Below, piece after piece: positions 28,506 to 40,876 of a DNA stretch of 64,000 bases (positions are counted from its first letter, which is position 1; every line of letters begins with the position of its first letter). Location: positions 76,508,001 to 76,572,000 of the forward strand of contig NC_042999.1 in NCBI RefSeq assembly GCF_006345805.1, read 5' to 3'. The notes beneath the pieces are model-generated. The model saw nothing but the letters and a program-made list of their open reading frames with translations, made no database searches and was not told the DNA's origin. Both the position numbers and the translations under genes were made by a program. This DNA is from Octopus sinensis. Taxonomy: Eukaryota.

Positions 28506-29088
28506 TCTCTAGGAACAAATAAAATAAAATTCATATAAAATAATACTTGTTTTGTTATCTTTTTTTTTAAGAGAAGGATTTCTCTACACCACCCCTCATT
28601 TTCCTCCTCTTTTTTTATGATTTAAGATCCAATATCACATTTGAATAGTATCGAAATTATATGAATTATCAATAGCAGAAGGTAGTTATTCAAAATGAAA
28701 AGAGAAATTACATATTAAGCTTTTGAATGTGTGATTTAAGTGTGATTTAGGAAGATATTTTATAGAATTGTCTCTTTTTTCCCTCCTTTTCTATAATTTA
28801 TTTTGTGAGAGGATTAAATATTAAAATATTTTCTTTAAAATATTTCCAATGCATTTCAAATTTTTTTGTTTGCTTGTTGTGATTTTGCACCTCTCTTTTT
28901 TTCTGTTTTTTTTTTTGTTTGTTTGTTTTTTTTTGTTTTTTTTTAAAACCTTAATTGAATCCATGGGCGATTGATTGTATGATTGTAAAAATTTAAACGT
29001 CAAGAATGTCGGGGTTGGCTGGTTCAGTCTTTGTATTTTCGCTTAGTAATAAATAAATAAATATAATATATATAATAATAATAATAAT

Positions 29089-29287
29089 CTTTTCTAATAT
29101 AGGCACAATGCCTGAAATTTGCTGGGAGGGTGTTAGTCGACTACATTGACCCCCGGAGCTCTACTGGTATTTATTTTATTGACCCCGGATGAAAGCAAAG
29201 TCAGCATCGGTGGTATTTTGAACTCTGGACGTTATGACAGAAGAAATGTCGCTGAAAATCTTGACTGGAAACTAGCGATTCTGCCTT
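29089..29287 (-). mobile_element. SINE family C
   Basis: ctttt ctaatataggcacaatgcctgaaattt..ttagtcgactacattgacccc..atgaaagcaaagtc..ttttgaactctggacg, with the (ATT)n tail toward lower coordinates. Confidence 0.7.
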
Positions 29288-29375
29288 TACAATAGTAATA
29301 ATGATGATGACGATAATAATAATAATAATGACGATCACGATAATAATAATGATGATGATCACGAACAACAACAAC

Positions 29376-29443
<68 letters not shown>

Positions 29444-31370
29444 GGCTCTTACGGATGCAAAGATCAACTGCTAATCAATCGTATGATCCTTGAGAACTGT
29501 CACAACAAGCGCAGAAATCTCAGCACCGCATGGATTGACTATAAAAAGGCCTTCGACAGTATACCGCATCCATGGATCTTGAGATCGCTGGACATCTTCA
29601 AAATTTCCCCTGTGATTTCAAACTTCCTGAAGCACAATATGTCGTTGTGGAATACGAATCTCCAATTATACCACTCTAATGGAGTACTTGCCTCAGAAAA
29701 TATAAACATCAACTGTGGAATTTTTCAAGGTGACTCACTTTCACCTTTAATATTCTGCATAGCCCTAATACCCCTTACAAGTGAATTAAACAGAACAGGG
29801 TATGGGTATAAAATTGCCAATAAAAATAAGCCATCTATTTTATATGGATGACTTAAAACTTTATGGTAAAGACAATAATGAACTTGAAGGCCTATTGCGC
29901 ACTGTGAAAGCATTCAGCGATGACATCGGGATGGAGTTTGGACTTGAGAAGTGTGCCAAGGCCACTTTCCAGAAAGGGAAAGTGAAGACCACAAATTCAG
30001 TCGTGTTAGATGTTGACACAGTCATAAGAGAGCTTGAGCAAGGGATAAATGAAGGCTCTGGTATTCAGCATGCAAGCATGAAAGAGAAGATCAGGAAGGA
30101 ATGTTATAGGAGAGTTCGTGCAATCCTGAAATCTGAACTAAATGCACGTAACAAGGTGTTAGCTATAAATTCCTTAGCAGTTCCAGTTGTTACTTATAGC
30201 TACAATGTGTTGAACTGGAATATGAGTGAAGTAAAGAATATAGATAGGAAAATACGCAAGCTGCTGAGTTGTAATAGGATGCACCACCCAAAGGCAGACG
30301 TAGATCGCCTTTACCTTCCCAGAGCCCAAGGAGGTCGAGGCCTGATCCAATTTGAACTAGCTTACAAAACAACCACAATTGGACTGGCCAAATATCTCGA
30401 AATATCGAATGACTGGATGCTAAAGCTCGTGGAAAATCACGAGAGACGAAAGAAGCTTCATTCTATCATAAAGGAAAGCAAAAAATTTGCTATTGATCTC
30501 GTGCAGGATACCCAAACTGAACAACCCGAGGGAAGTACGGCAACTATTGTTGCAAAGAAGGTGAAAATAATGGCAACGAAAAAAGCGCACGAGCAATTGG
30601 CTGATAGGTGGGAGGAGAAACCTCTGCACGGCAAATATGTTGCCCGTAGCAAACAAGCTGATGTTGACCAGAAGCAAACCCATCAGTGGCTACGGAGCTC
30701 AGGGCTAAAAGCAGAGAGCGAAGGTTTCATCCTGGCTGCTCAAGATCAAAGCCTATTAACCCGGAACTACCAGGCCAATGTGATGAAAAATGGAGCAGAC
30801 CCAAAATGCCGATTCTGCAACGACATGATTGAAACAGTGGACCACCTAATCTCTGGATGTAAAGTCTTAGCACCAGTGGAGTATAAATTAAGACATGACA
30901 GAGTAGGCCAATATCTACACTGGCTAATAAGTCGGCATTACAATATCAAAACTACCAAGTGGTATAATCACCACCCTGAGGCTGTAACTGAAGGAGAAAA
31001 TGTAACCATTCTGTGGGACTTTCCAGTACATACAGACCGAACCATCAAGGCCAATAAACCAGATATTGTTGTGAAAGACCAAAACAATAAAGTTTGCTTA
31101 TTGATCGACATGAGCATCCCCTATGATCATAATATCTCAGCGAAAGAGTTTGACAAGCTCAGAAAATATAAAGACCTACTCATTGAAATTGAGAAAATGT
31201 GGCATCTCAAGGCGGTTACAATACCAGTGATCGTAGGAGCACTAGGAATGATCAAGAAGGGAACCGAAAATTATATGAGAATGATCCCTGGCTTACCATC
31301 CCTGCAAGAAGTGCAAAAGATTGTCTTAACTGGTACATCACACGTATTGAGAAGAGCATTGTCGATGTGA
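29444..31370 (+). pseudogene. RT - CCHC zinc knuckle - restriction-like endonuclease ORF, one +1 frameshift
   Basis: Motifs WIDYKKAFDS, GIFQGDSLSP, FYMDDLKLY, RLYLPRAQGGRGL, CRFC..ETVDHLISGC, RHD and PDIVV..LIDMSIP..K..KYKDL. Extra A in the A5 run at 29822-29826. The YKYL part of the usual YKYLG motif is missing at 30041/30042. Confidence 0.92.
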
Positions 31371-31537
31371 GAACTGTTACTGCTCATGTATTTTAATTTA
31401 ACTTAAAAAAAAAAAAATGAACGAACTATTGAGTTTGGTTTAATGGCCTACCAATGTATACTATGAGTTTCTTTGCCCTAGGAGTCGGGAAGACACTCGG
31501 CATGAAATGGAAGCAAATTTGAAAGAAGAAAAAAAGT
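29444..31537 (+). mobile_element. R4/Dong-clade RLE non-LTR retrotransposon, 5'-truncated, embedded in (TAA)n
   Basis: Begins abruptly at GSYGCKDQLLIN (RT) right after a long (TAA)n. Has a 3' UTR at 31371-31537, then (TAA)n to about 31579. Dong-family targeting of TAA repeats is established. Confidence 0.92.
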
Positions 31538-31759
31538 AATAATAATAATAATAATAATATAATAATAATAATAATAATACGGAGATGTACTTGCATAGAA
31601 AGTGACCTGATCTGAGATCGTGTGCTGGATCAATTGCAGCGTGGAAGGTGTTTATAAGTCATTTAAGAAACACAAAATAACCGTTAGATTCACTTCAACA
31701 TTTAAATTTAATTTGTCGAAACATTTTCGTCGCTTTGAGACCGCGACCTGTTCCCGTTG

Positions 31760-33920
31760 TGTTTGCATCCAATAAATCCCACCCCTATTTTTCTTGGTAA
31801 ATACAGTCTGTCTGTGTCCCCTCTTGGGTGGAGTGACTCATATCTAGTTAGCAATTTCCCGTTTAAGCTATTTAAGCTGTTTAGTTCGCCTACTATCCAT
31901 GCGATTACCCCTTCTCCATATCTAACGAGTGAAAACGCGCAGGTGTTGATAGCTTCGATCTTATTCCGTCAATTTAATTTCGACTTAAGGATCAGTCTCA
32001 GTCTGCGCAAGTACTCCACCTTGAATTTTTCTGTCATTTCTTTCTCCATCAATTTATCCATTTCAAGTATCCCCAAGTACTTATAGCCCGTCTCTTCTAA
32101 CTGCTTCATAACTTCCCTCGACGGTATCGTTAGCCCGTCCATTCATTTGATTTTGCCTCTCTTCAAGATTAACACACCACACTTTCTCAGTCCGAACTCC
32201 ATTCTGATGTCAGCACTGAAGGTATACACCGTATCAACGAGGGAACTAACTTGGGCTTCATCTTTCCCATAAAGTTTGAGGTCATCCATCAATAACAAAA
32301 TAATTGACTTTTTGCTGGCGGCTTTTGAATACATACTTGGCTTTTGCTTTTTTTTTGATGTTTTTCAGACACAGCACTGTTCAACCCAATGTCAACCACT
32401 CTGGTGTTCCTTGGTCGGCATTTAACAAGGTGTTGAGTTGCTGTTCGTGAATGACATTCACCAAATCTTTTGATCCAGTAGCCTTGAACCCCATCTGGTC
32501 CCGGAACCTTCCAGTTGCTCATTTTTTTGCTGATTTCCTTCATTTCCCTAACTGGAATGACTAGTTCTGCCTGTTTTGAACAGACTACTGTTTGTTTCAG
32601 TTCTTGCAACCATTCAGCATCATTCTTGCGCTCCTATCGTTGCTCCAGATGTCACTCCAAAAGCTTTGACTTTCAATGTTATCTGGTATCAACTTTTCAT
32701 CTGTATATTCTCCATTTATTTCTTTATAGAATCTCTTCTGATCTACTCTGAATAACCTATTCTGGTGGTAACCCTTCATTCTTTGGTCGTATCTTACCAT
32801 CTTTGCTTTCTTTGCAACGAGGCGCTGTTTCAGTTCCTCCACTACTACTTTCAGGACCTTTTTTTTTCAATATTATACTTCTTTTTCAGCGCCCTGTATT
32901 TTTGTTCGCTTTTAAGCTCCCCTTTCTCTTTTCGGTCTAACACAGAGATTTCCTTTGAGAGCATCTAACCCTGTCTGGATTCTTCTTTTCCACCATGGAT
33001 CTTTACTTTTGTCACCCCCATTATGTTTCTTTTTTCTTGACATCAACACCCACGTTTTCTGCTACAACAATACTTGCTGCCTTGATCAAATTATTTGTTT
33101 CTGTTATGTTTGTTCTGATGTATTTCAGAATTTCATTGACATTTTTCGTTTCTTGGTTCAATTTCCATCGATCAACCTTTTAAAAGTTGCAAATAATATC
33201 GCTATCGTTCTCCTATAGTCTTGCCTTTATTCTGTCGTAGATTGCCTTTTGTTCACCTGTCATGTCACCATTAGTTTTATTGTCTTCTTTTGGATCATCT
33301 ATATGTCTCTCATCAAGTAAACTACCACTGCTCCTTTCCTGTGCTATGGGATTACTCTTATTAGTAAGAACTGTATTTTCATTGTTATCTCTGCTGATAT
33401 TTTCCATGACCCGTCTTTTGATAGCTTCAAGCTCTACTTCTGTGAACCAACAATTTTTCCTTATTGCTCTAGCTTGATCACATAGTCTCTGTTCCATGAG
33501 TTGAAACAATCCCTTTTCCCTCCAATGATCATACATACGTTGTCGGTAACCCCTAATTTAAGCACCATTTTCATCTACCGAGTTGCTCAGGTAGTAACAC
33601 TCCATGACCACAGCATTAATTTGCTTGCTCCATCTAAGCCGTGTGTGGTTGTCCCTTTCTGGATATCTGGAGCCGGACCAGATTCTCTGAGCCTACCGGG
33701 TGTAACGTTGTCACCAGCATTGGCTTCAGTTTCATTACCACCATTATTCACAATATTTTGTTTTTTCATTGTCACTCATATGAGGAAGCGATTATCAGGT
33801 TCCGCAATTACCGGTGTTTTTATTGTGACACCATCACTAGATGTATCATTAATCAGCTCATAAGGAGGAAGCTCCACCCGTTTCCTTTCAGTATAAGTGG
33901 GATTTCCCCATGATTTTCAT
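31760..33920 (-). mobile_element. Second R4/Dong-like element: 5' end present, RT internally deleted, 3' end lost
   Basis: Minus strand has RWSKQINAVVMECYYL..GYRQRMYDHW..EQRLCDQAR, PWWKRRI, KVPGPDGVQGYWIK, MDDLKLYGK, GYKYLGILE and DRLYLPR, with many stops and frameshifts. Its 5' end abuts an (AAT/GAT)n array on its own strand. Confidence 0.88.
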
Positions 33921-33964
33921 TATTATTATTATCATCATCATCATCATTATTATATTTTATTATT

Positions 33965-34180
33965 AATAAATGTTTTCTGATCGAAGTACCAATACCAACA
34001 GAAGACAATGTTTCTCTGAAACAAACGGAGAAACTTTCAAAATACAAAGATCTGGAAATAGAGGTAACTCGAATGTGGAGTCTAAAAACAGAAACAATTC
34101 CTGTCATAGTATGTGCATTAGATATGATGAAACATATTCAGACAAATACATAACAAAACCACCAGGACTAATAGCTTATA
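33965..34180 (+). mobile_element. R4/Dong-like endonuclease C-terminal fragment
   Basis: NKCFLIEVPIPTEDNVSLKQTEKLSKYKDLEIEVTRMWSLKTETIPVIVCALDMMK aligns to the C-terminus of the ORF ending at 31370. Confidence 0.85.
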
Positions 34181-34729
34181 AAAGAAAGACACAATCGACA
34201 ATCTAGTCAAGCACATACGAAAACATAAAGTGTTATGACTGGATTATCTTCACTGACAGTTCTAAGTTGGATCTGAAGCTAGACTCTGAAGAGACAACTT
34301 ATATAGTAAGTAATTACATCATACACTATCACGCCATATGCCACCATCAACCGTTGCATAAATAGCAACTGGGTACCAATACTACTGATTCTACAAGGCA
34401 CCAGACAACTAAATTTCAAGGGATTTATCTCTACTTTGTTGCAACACAGGATACATTTCATTTATGTTATATCCCAATATAGAAATATTTGATAAAGGAA
34501 ACGCTGAAATCACATAGATCATTCCACTACACTCGTATACCACCTTGTATCGCACGAGTAGAATACACGGCAGAGTAATGCATTATAACATACAAACTAG
34601 AGTGTTTCATGTATGATGCATACACACACACTTTTCTCTCAATATATATGATTCATATAACTATATACAAATGGAAATAGACACACAATATCTCTTTCAC
34701 TCTCTCTCTCTATATATATATATATAGGA

Positions 34730-34932
34730 CGGACTCTTCCATCGAAGTTGATGCATGTACTTCAGCACACATTCTCCCTCAAATCGACGTTGTCTGAACA
34801 GATGCACGGTGTACCACGCGTCAGTTGTCGAAGTGATCGCAGAACACAACGCGCCACCCGGTCTAGGAATTGAAATTACGACCTAGAGATCTTGAGTGCA
34901 ACCCCACAACCATCAAGCCATGCACACTCATA
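34730..34932 (-). mobile_element. Degenerate tRNA-headed SINE with a body unlike family A
   Basis: Reverse complement head gtgcatggcttgatggttg..ggtcgtaatttcaattcctagaccggg.ggcgcgttgtgttct resembles the family-A head. The body is not matched elsewhere in the window. Confidence 0.45.
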
Positions 34933-34949
34933 CCTCTGGCCGAAATCAG

Positions 34950-35150
34950 ATCGCCATGTTGATTCGTTAGCTACTGCACGCATTTTTTTCTCTCTCTCTT
35001 TCTGTGTTTTTTTTTCTCTCTGTGTATCTTTCTGTTGAAGAACGTAGGCTCGAAACGTTAAAGACTTGTTTCCTGAGCGCCATACTAATACAATTGTTCG
35101 TTTGTTTTCCACCTGCCTTCGTCTTTTGTCTGTTTTCATAAAGCTTCCCG
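34950..35150 (+). mobile_element. Small non-coding element, family E, with a hammerhead-like motif
   Basis: Colinear with 51384-51587 (atcgccatg.ttga .. ctttctg.tgaaga.cgtaggct.gaa.cgt.aaag .. ttcctgag .. actaatac .. tcttttgt). Both end in (TA)n. Confidence 0.7.
35027..35064 (+). ncRNA. Minimal type I hammerhead-like motif with variant core CUGUUGA
   Basis: Stem I ucuuu/aaaga; core CUGUUGA-A; stem II GAAC-guag-GCUC (one mismatch); GAAA; palindromic AACGUU stem III. Confidence 0.5.
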
Positions 35151-35193
<43 letters not shown>

Positions 35194-35234
35194 TACATAT
35201 ATATACATATAAATATATATACATATACATATAT

Positions 35235-35361
<127 letters not shown>

Positions 35362-36662
35362 GTATATAATCTCAAAACAACCTACATTATTGGTACTTTA
35401 TTTCATCGGCTTCGTAGAAATGAAACGACGATGTCTATTGTCACCGGGGTTTGGAAACCATGTGCAGAAATGCAACTAAATATTTACCAGGTATTTCGAT
35501 CGATACTCTAAATTTTCCCCAGTTCCATTATGTTAACCTATCTCCCAATTGTAAACTTCCACTTTGTATCGTGTCAATAATGACCTAATATTCCATTTTC
35601 TCATATGCTTACTTTTACATCTGTAAAAGCAAGCATATGAGATACATCAGAGATTTTGGTCCACGGTTAACTAAGAGCACTAGTTACATGGTTTATTTAT
35701 ATTTAGTGTGAATTTGTTATCTGCTATGAACTTCTAGGTGTTCTAAGTAACGTAGACTAGAGTGTTCTGTCAAGAAACTATACAAAGTACATAAAGCGGG
35801 GTTTGAACCGAAACGTTAAGCTGATAATCCAATAAATTATACATTTAGCTGTTTCGTCTCTATGCTCAAGTAATGCACTTGTATTGTTATAAGTATAATG
35901 ATATTTATTGAAAAACAAGCGAAATTGCTTCTGGCGGCTATAAGCAAGAATAGTGAGACATGAAAGCTAAACTTCGAAGAACAAACAGAAGACATATTAT
36001 ATTAATCTAAAGAGTTATGTCTAGTGGGCTATAGTACACTAAAAAGAAAGACAGTAGTTTCATCTAAATCAATAAGATTGTTGGTCTGGTGCGAGAAGGA
36101 AGTAAACAATACGATATCAAATGTATTATATGATATATATTACGAAATACTGTTGACATAAAAGCACACTTGAGTCCACAAGTCGTAAATCTAGTACATC
36201 ATTATTACAGATATTTATATTGATGGCAGTTCAGCATATAGAATATACCAATGCAATAACTGGCACTGGTTTTCCAGACTTACTGCCTCAAGAACAGATT
36301 ATGATATTTGTCGGCAAATGTGTGTCGGCACAGACATCTATGAAAATTATATCGCTCATAGATATTTATCTGTAATTTCTAATTTAAAGATGTTATTACC
36401 TATATAATGGTTTCTATCTGACAACTGAAATCTATTTTAAATAGTGTTTCCAATATTGGCACTAGTCCACACACTTGTTGGGTTAAGTTATAATCGCCTG
36501 AATTGACTCCATTAATATATACATATATTGATTGTTATGCTGTAGTCCCCTGAGAGATGAAAGACAGAGTTAATCCCAAAGAGATATAATTTGGCCGCAA
36601 CCAAAGCATTATGTTCGTTCTTCAGTAGATTTCTCACCTCGCTACTGCCCTTTTTTTAATGT

Positions 36663-36698
<36 letters not shown>

Positions 36699-37321
36699 CG
36701 ATGATGATGATTTTTAATGTAGGCAAAAGTCCACAAATATGAGGCGGAGGCGTTAGTCGACTTAACTTACCCCGATTGTTAACTAATAAAAATCGGTTTA
36801 ACAAATACTGGTTTAATTATTCGCAAACTAAAGATAAAACATGTATATTATTCATTACATCTATCTTGAAAACAATTATTTCTTCGGGGACTCAAAATAT
36901 TTGGGGTCAGCACTAGAAAACAAAAAACATGAAACAGTGGTGGAATTACATCAAACATGGTGATATAAACAGCAATTATAAAGGCACGTTAAAATATCAA
37001 TAATATGAAAGAGAGAGCATAATAATAAATATTCCTTAAGGTATTTGGAGAGCCATAAAAACAATTTTTGATTGCTGTGACGCACCTAAACAAAAAAAAT
37101 GGTGATATCTATTCTATTTTGATGACAAACAGTAGCCGCATAGAGTAATATTATTTCGTCACAACTTCGCCACTCCCCCCGCATTCACTGACGAGAAGGA
37201 TATCCTTCTCTCACCTTTCTCTTAAAGCCATAGTTGAATGTATTAATGAGGCTGAGGTTAGTAGTAGTAGTAGTTGATGACTTTAGAGGAAATCACTACA
37301 AAACCAATTTTTCAAATTATA

Positions 37322-37515
37322 GCACAAGGTCAGCACTTTTGGCGGAGTGAATAAATCGATTACATCTACCCCAGTGCTCCGTTGCTGCTTATTTTATCGA
37401 CCGTGAAAGGCTGAAAGGCAAAGTCGACATCACTGGATTTGAACTGAGAACGTAAAACGGGCAAAATACCTCTAGGCATTTTGCACGGTGCTCTAACGAT
37501 TCAGCCATCTCGCCA
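37322..37515 (-). mobile_element. SINE family C
   Basis: gcacaaggtcagca..atcgattacatc.accccagtgctc..ttattttatcgac..gaaaggctgaaaggcaaagtcgac..tttgaactgagaacg..ctaacgattc.gcca. Confidence 0.7.
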
Positions 37516-38989
37516 CGTTCATGTTGGAAGATAATATTGTCATTGAGCGATATTTAGTTGATATCTAGCAATATCTAATCTATCCGAGATAGTCTTCGAA
37601 GTAGCATGCTTGTAAAAATCTGTAAAACATTGAAAATTAAATGAATCGAGCCATAAATGAACTAGACATTGTTATTCCCAGCCGTCAAAACATAATGAAT
37701 AGGAAACAACACGAGATCCAAATATTTAAATATTCAACGAAATACTAAAATGAAACATGCAAACTTTAGATTAACATCACCCAATAGCTGACATACAATG
37801 AATTTTCATACGCAGACAAAAGGAAAGAAATCGAGATCAGCTGGAAACGACTTATATAAGCTCTCCGAATATTTTAAACACTTACATTTCAAAAACATAT
37901 ACGAAACTTTCTTAAAAGAAATTGTAAGTGTAACATGATCAATCAAATGCTAAAAACTATACATTATAGCAAATGTAGTACAATATCAAATCGTACACAA
38001 AAGCACAAGCAACAACAAGGATTATTATTGTTATGTAACCCTAGGTTATCCAGCATCGCGTATAACTATGATCGAAGGCAATGTCCGTTATCGTTGGTTT
38101 TTTTATGTATCGGAGAGTACGTCATCCACTGTGTTCTTTCTTGGCTGATTGGTTGAATCCACTCCGATACTTGTCAGAGGTTTCTTTTATATATTTATCG
38201 ATAACGATAGTCAAATTTGATTTCTGCGAAAATTTCAAAGCCAATATAGAAGGACTCAAGTAACTATCTCATGTTAGCCAAGTAATTTGACGGTTCATTT
38301 CCTAACCGCAACCATGCCAGAGTCGACTTCATTTTCAGAGTTTGACGGTCAATAAACTAAAGTGGGTCAAAGCCACTGGCTATAAGCTCCTCCCCAGCAC
38401 GTCTAACCCTCACTTATATTACAAATCATTAGTACATTTAACAGGAAAGAAAACTGCTCAACGTATCGATTTCTACTATACATTATAGGTAGACGGAAAG
38501 GGCACAGATATATGTTGGGTAGAGTGTAGCTGTAATATAAAACCTCTCGCACGCTGTGTCACGCTGATTCTGAGTGTGAATCACTTTAAGGGTTCAATAC
38601 TTAGCTATGGAAAGCTCAACTGTTTGTACCTTAATTCAAGAATATACCTTTCGGTTGATGGAACAACTGAACCCTCATTGTCGAACGACGAAGATCCCCT
38701 ACCATTGTATTATCAGTCAAGGAATGAAAGGCAGCACTTATGAATTATTTTATTTCAGAACCTCCTAGATCGCTGGTAGAAAGAAAAGCGTTCTTCCTTT
38801 AACCAGAGACCAGGATCAAATGCTTACAAACTATGGAGCTCTGCTAAAGATGCTTAAGAACGAGGTAGTAGTTTAAAACATATCGGCAAATTAAGTTTGC
38901 CATCTTAGAATTCAGAACGCAAACATCTGAAATATTTATTGCATTTCATCCGACTCTAATATTTCTGTCAATCCACCAAATCTGTTAAT

Positions 38990-39120
38990 ATATTTGACCG
39001 ATTATGAAAGGATGACAGGGAAATATGAGCAAGGCATGATTTGAACTCAACGCATAAAGAACCGGAACAGGTACTGAAGGCATTTTGTCCTAATTTCTAA
39101 CAATACTGCCAAATCGCTTT
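38990..39120 (-). mobile_element. Degenerate SINE family C fragment
   Basis: gaaaggatgac..atttgaactca..ggcattttgtcc..ctaacaatactgcca. Confidence 0.45.
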
Positions 39121-39504
39121 TGTCCTCATAGATACTCATAGACTCACTCTGCCGCACAAACGCATGTTTGGAGAGTGTATGAATGTCACACAAACGCATG
39201 TTTGGAAAGTGTATGAATATGTGTGTATATGAATCTGTGTGTGAGTGGCGGAATGTTTACTGTCATTGCTGTTGTTAACTTCTTCAACAGTATGATAGGA
39301 AGAAGCCTCCCTGAGATGAAATAAATATGTTGGAAAAGAAAGAAAAAGGGAAAGAAAACAAAAGAAAGAAAGAAAGAAAGAAGGAAGGAAGGAAGGAAGG
39401 CATGTGAAACTACAGTATGCATTAACTTACATTTCAATACCTGTAGATATTGATTAGAAAAAGGATTGGCAAATGAGCATGCACAAATATTCAATAATAG
39501 TAAG

Positions 39505-39541
39505 AGCAGCAGCAGCAACAGTGGCAGCGGTAGCAGCAGCA

Positions 39542-39610
<69 letters not shown>

Positions 39611-39660
39611 ACGGCAGCAGCTGCAGCAGCAGAGGTGGCAATAACAACAGCAGCAATAAA
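39505..39660. repeat. (GCA)/(GTA)n trinucleotide array
   Basis: Seen directly. Confidence 0.95.
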
Positions 39661-40830
39661 AATAATGCGAAACAACGCGATTTTTACATCATCGACTTCT
39701 AACCTAAGGCAATCCGGCAACCTTGTGTTCTTTAACGACTTAAAACAAGTTTTCACTAGTTTTCACAATGCGCATGTAGCCTTTTCTATTTTAGGTATAA
39801 TTTGATTGCTTCCACTTTTACATTATATTTGTATCCCACAAATCTAATTATTTCTTTACTGAATTACTCATATGAACTTTGGGATATTTGTTGCTCGGTT
39901 TTGATAAATAACAACAAAGAAAAAAATATATAATGTAACTAAAATCCAGTACTAAAATGTTATTGTTCTATTATTATGTTGTTTATAGAGGTTGGTTTTA
40001 GAAGGTCAACATAGTAAGGCACAATACTAAATACATTACAGCATTTCCTTCTCTTCTAATCGTTAATAAATTCAAACCCCGGTTGCAAGAGAAAGAGTAT
40101 GAACAATGCTTCATTTCATTTTTCGACTCGACTTAAGACACCGGTAAGCACCTGTTAATAATCAAGGGTCAATGTAATTGACCAAAGTCAACTGTTATTG
40201 ATTATTGTGCAGTGTTGCAAAACTGTTTAGAGCGGAAACAGCCGGGTTATTATATAGTGGATAACCACCCTTATATTTGAAGGTTGATATCCGATTCTCG
40301 ATATTGCATTGTCTGCTATGGGTGCACTTAACTTTCGAATGGCTGTGCCACATAGTTGTACATAGGAACCATAAGTACATTTTTTCAATGATCGAGGCTA
40401 TTTTACAATTCTAGATTTAATCATGAACTCAAACGTTGTACAATGACAAGACAACATTCTATTCCTTTTCTTAGATATTATTAACATAGCTGTTAAAGAA
40501 AATAACAAAATACTCAGCAGAATTTGCTATGGTTTTCAAGTCTTTGAATGAAAATCCTACCGAGATTAACTCTGCCTTTCGTCCCTTCGCAAGCGATAAA
40601 AGAAAGCACCAGCTTAGCTTGTGGTATTTGTTCTGCCTTTTTACTTTCTGGAATTTTGGCTGGTAGATTTTAAACGTTGCCCAGTTGAATAACACATGTA
40701 TGAGGACTCCCTTTAGCAGGGTTAACTTTTTGGCAAGCATTCGGATTAAGGATAACTTCGTCTATTTGTCTTGGAGTACATGAAATTTACAGTCATAGGT
40801 CACTACTTATACATACATACGTACATATAT

Positions 40831-40876
<46 letters not shown>

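Noticed and set aside
33780-33920. HDV-like ribozyme in the 5' UTR of the minus-strand Dong-like element
   Set aside because: Some small hairpins are present, but a consistent P1/P1.1/P2/P3 double pseudoknot could not be built by eye.
37188-37210. CUGACGA overlapping the perfect 18-bp palindrome gagaaggatatccttctc
   Set aside because: No GAAA after the stem, so not a hammerhead. A single 18-bp palindrome in 64 kb is not further interpretable.
39155-39219. 34-bp local tandem duplication (cacaaacgcatgtttgga.agtgtatgaat)
   Set aside because: An ordinary slippage duplication in unique sequence.
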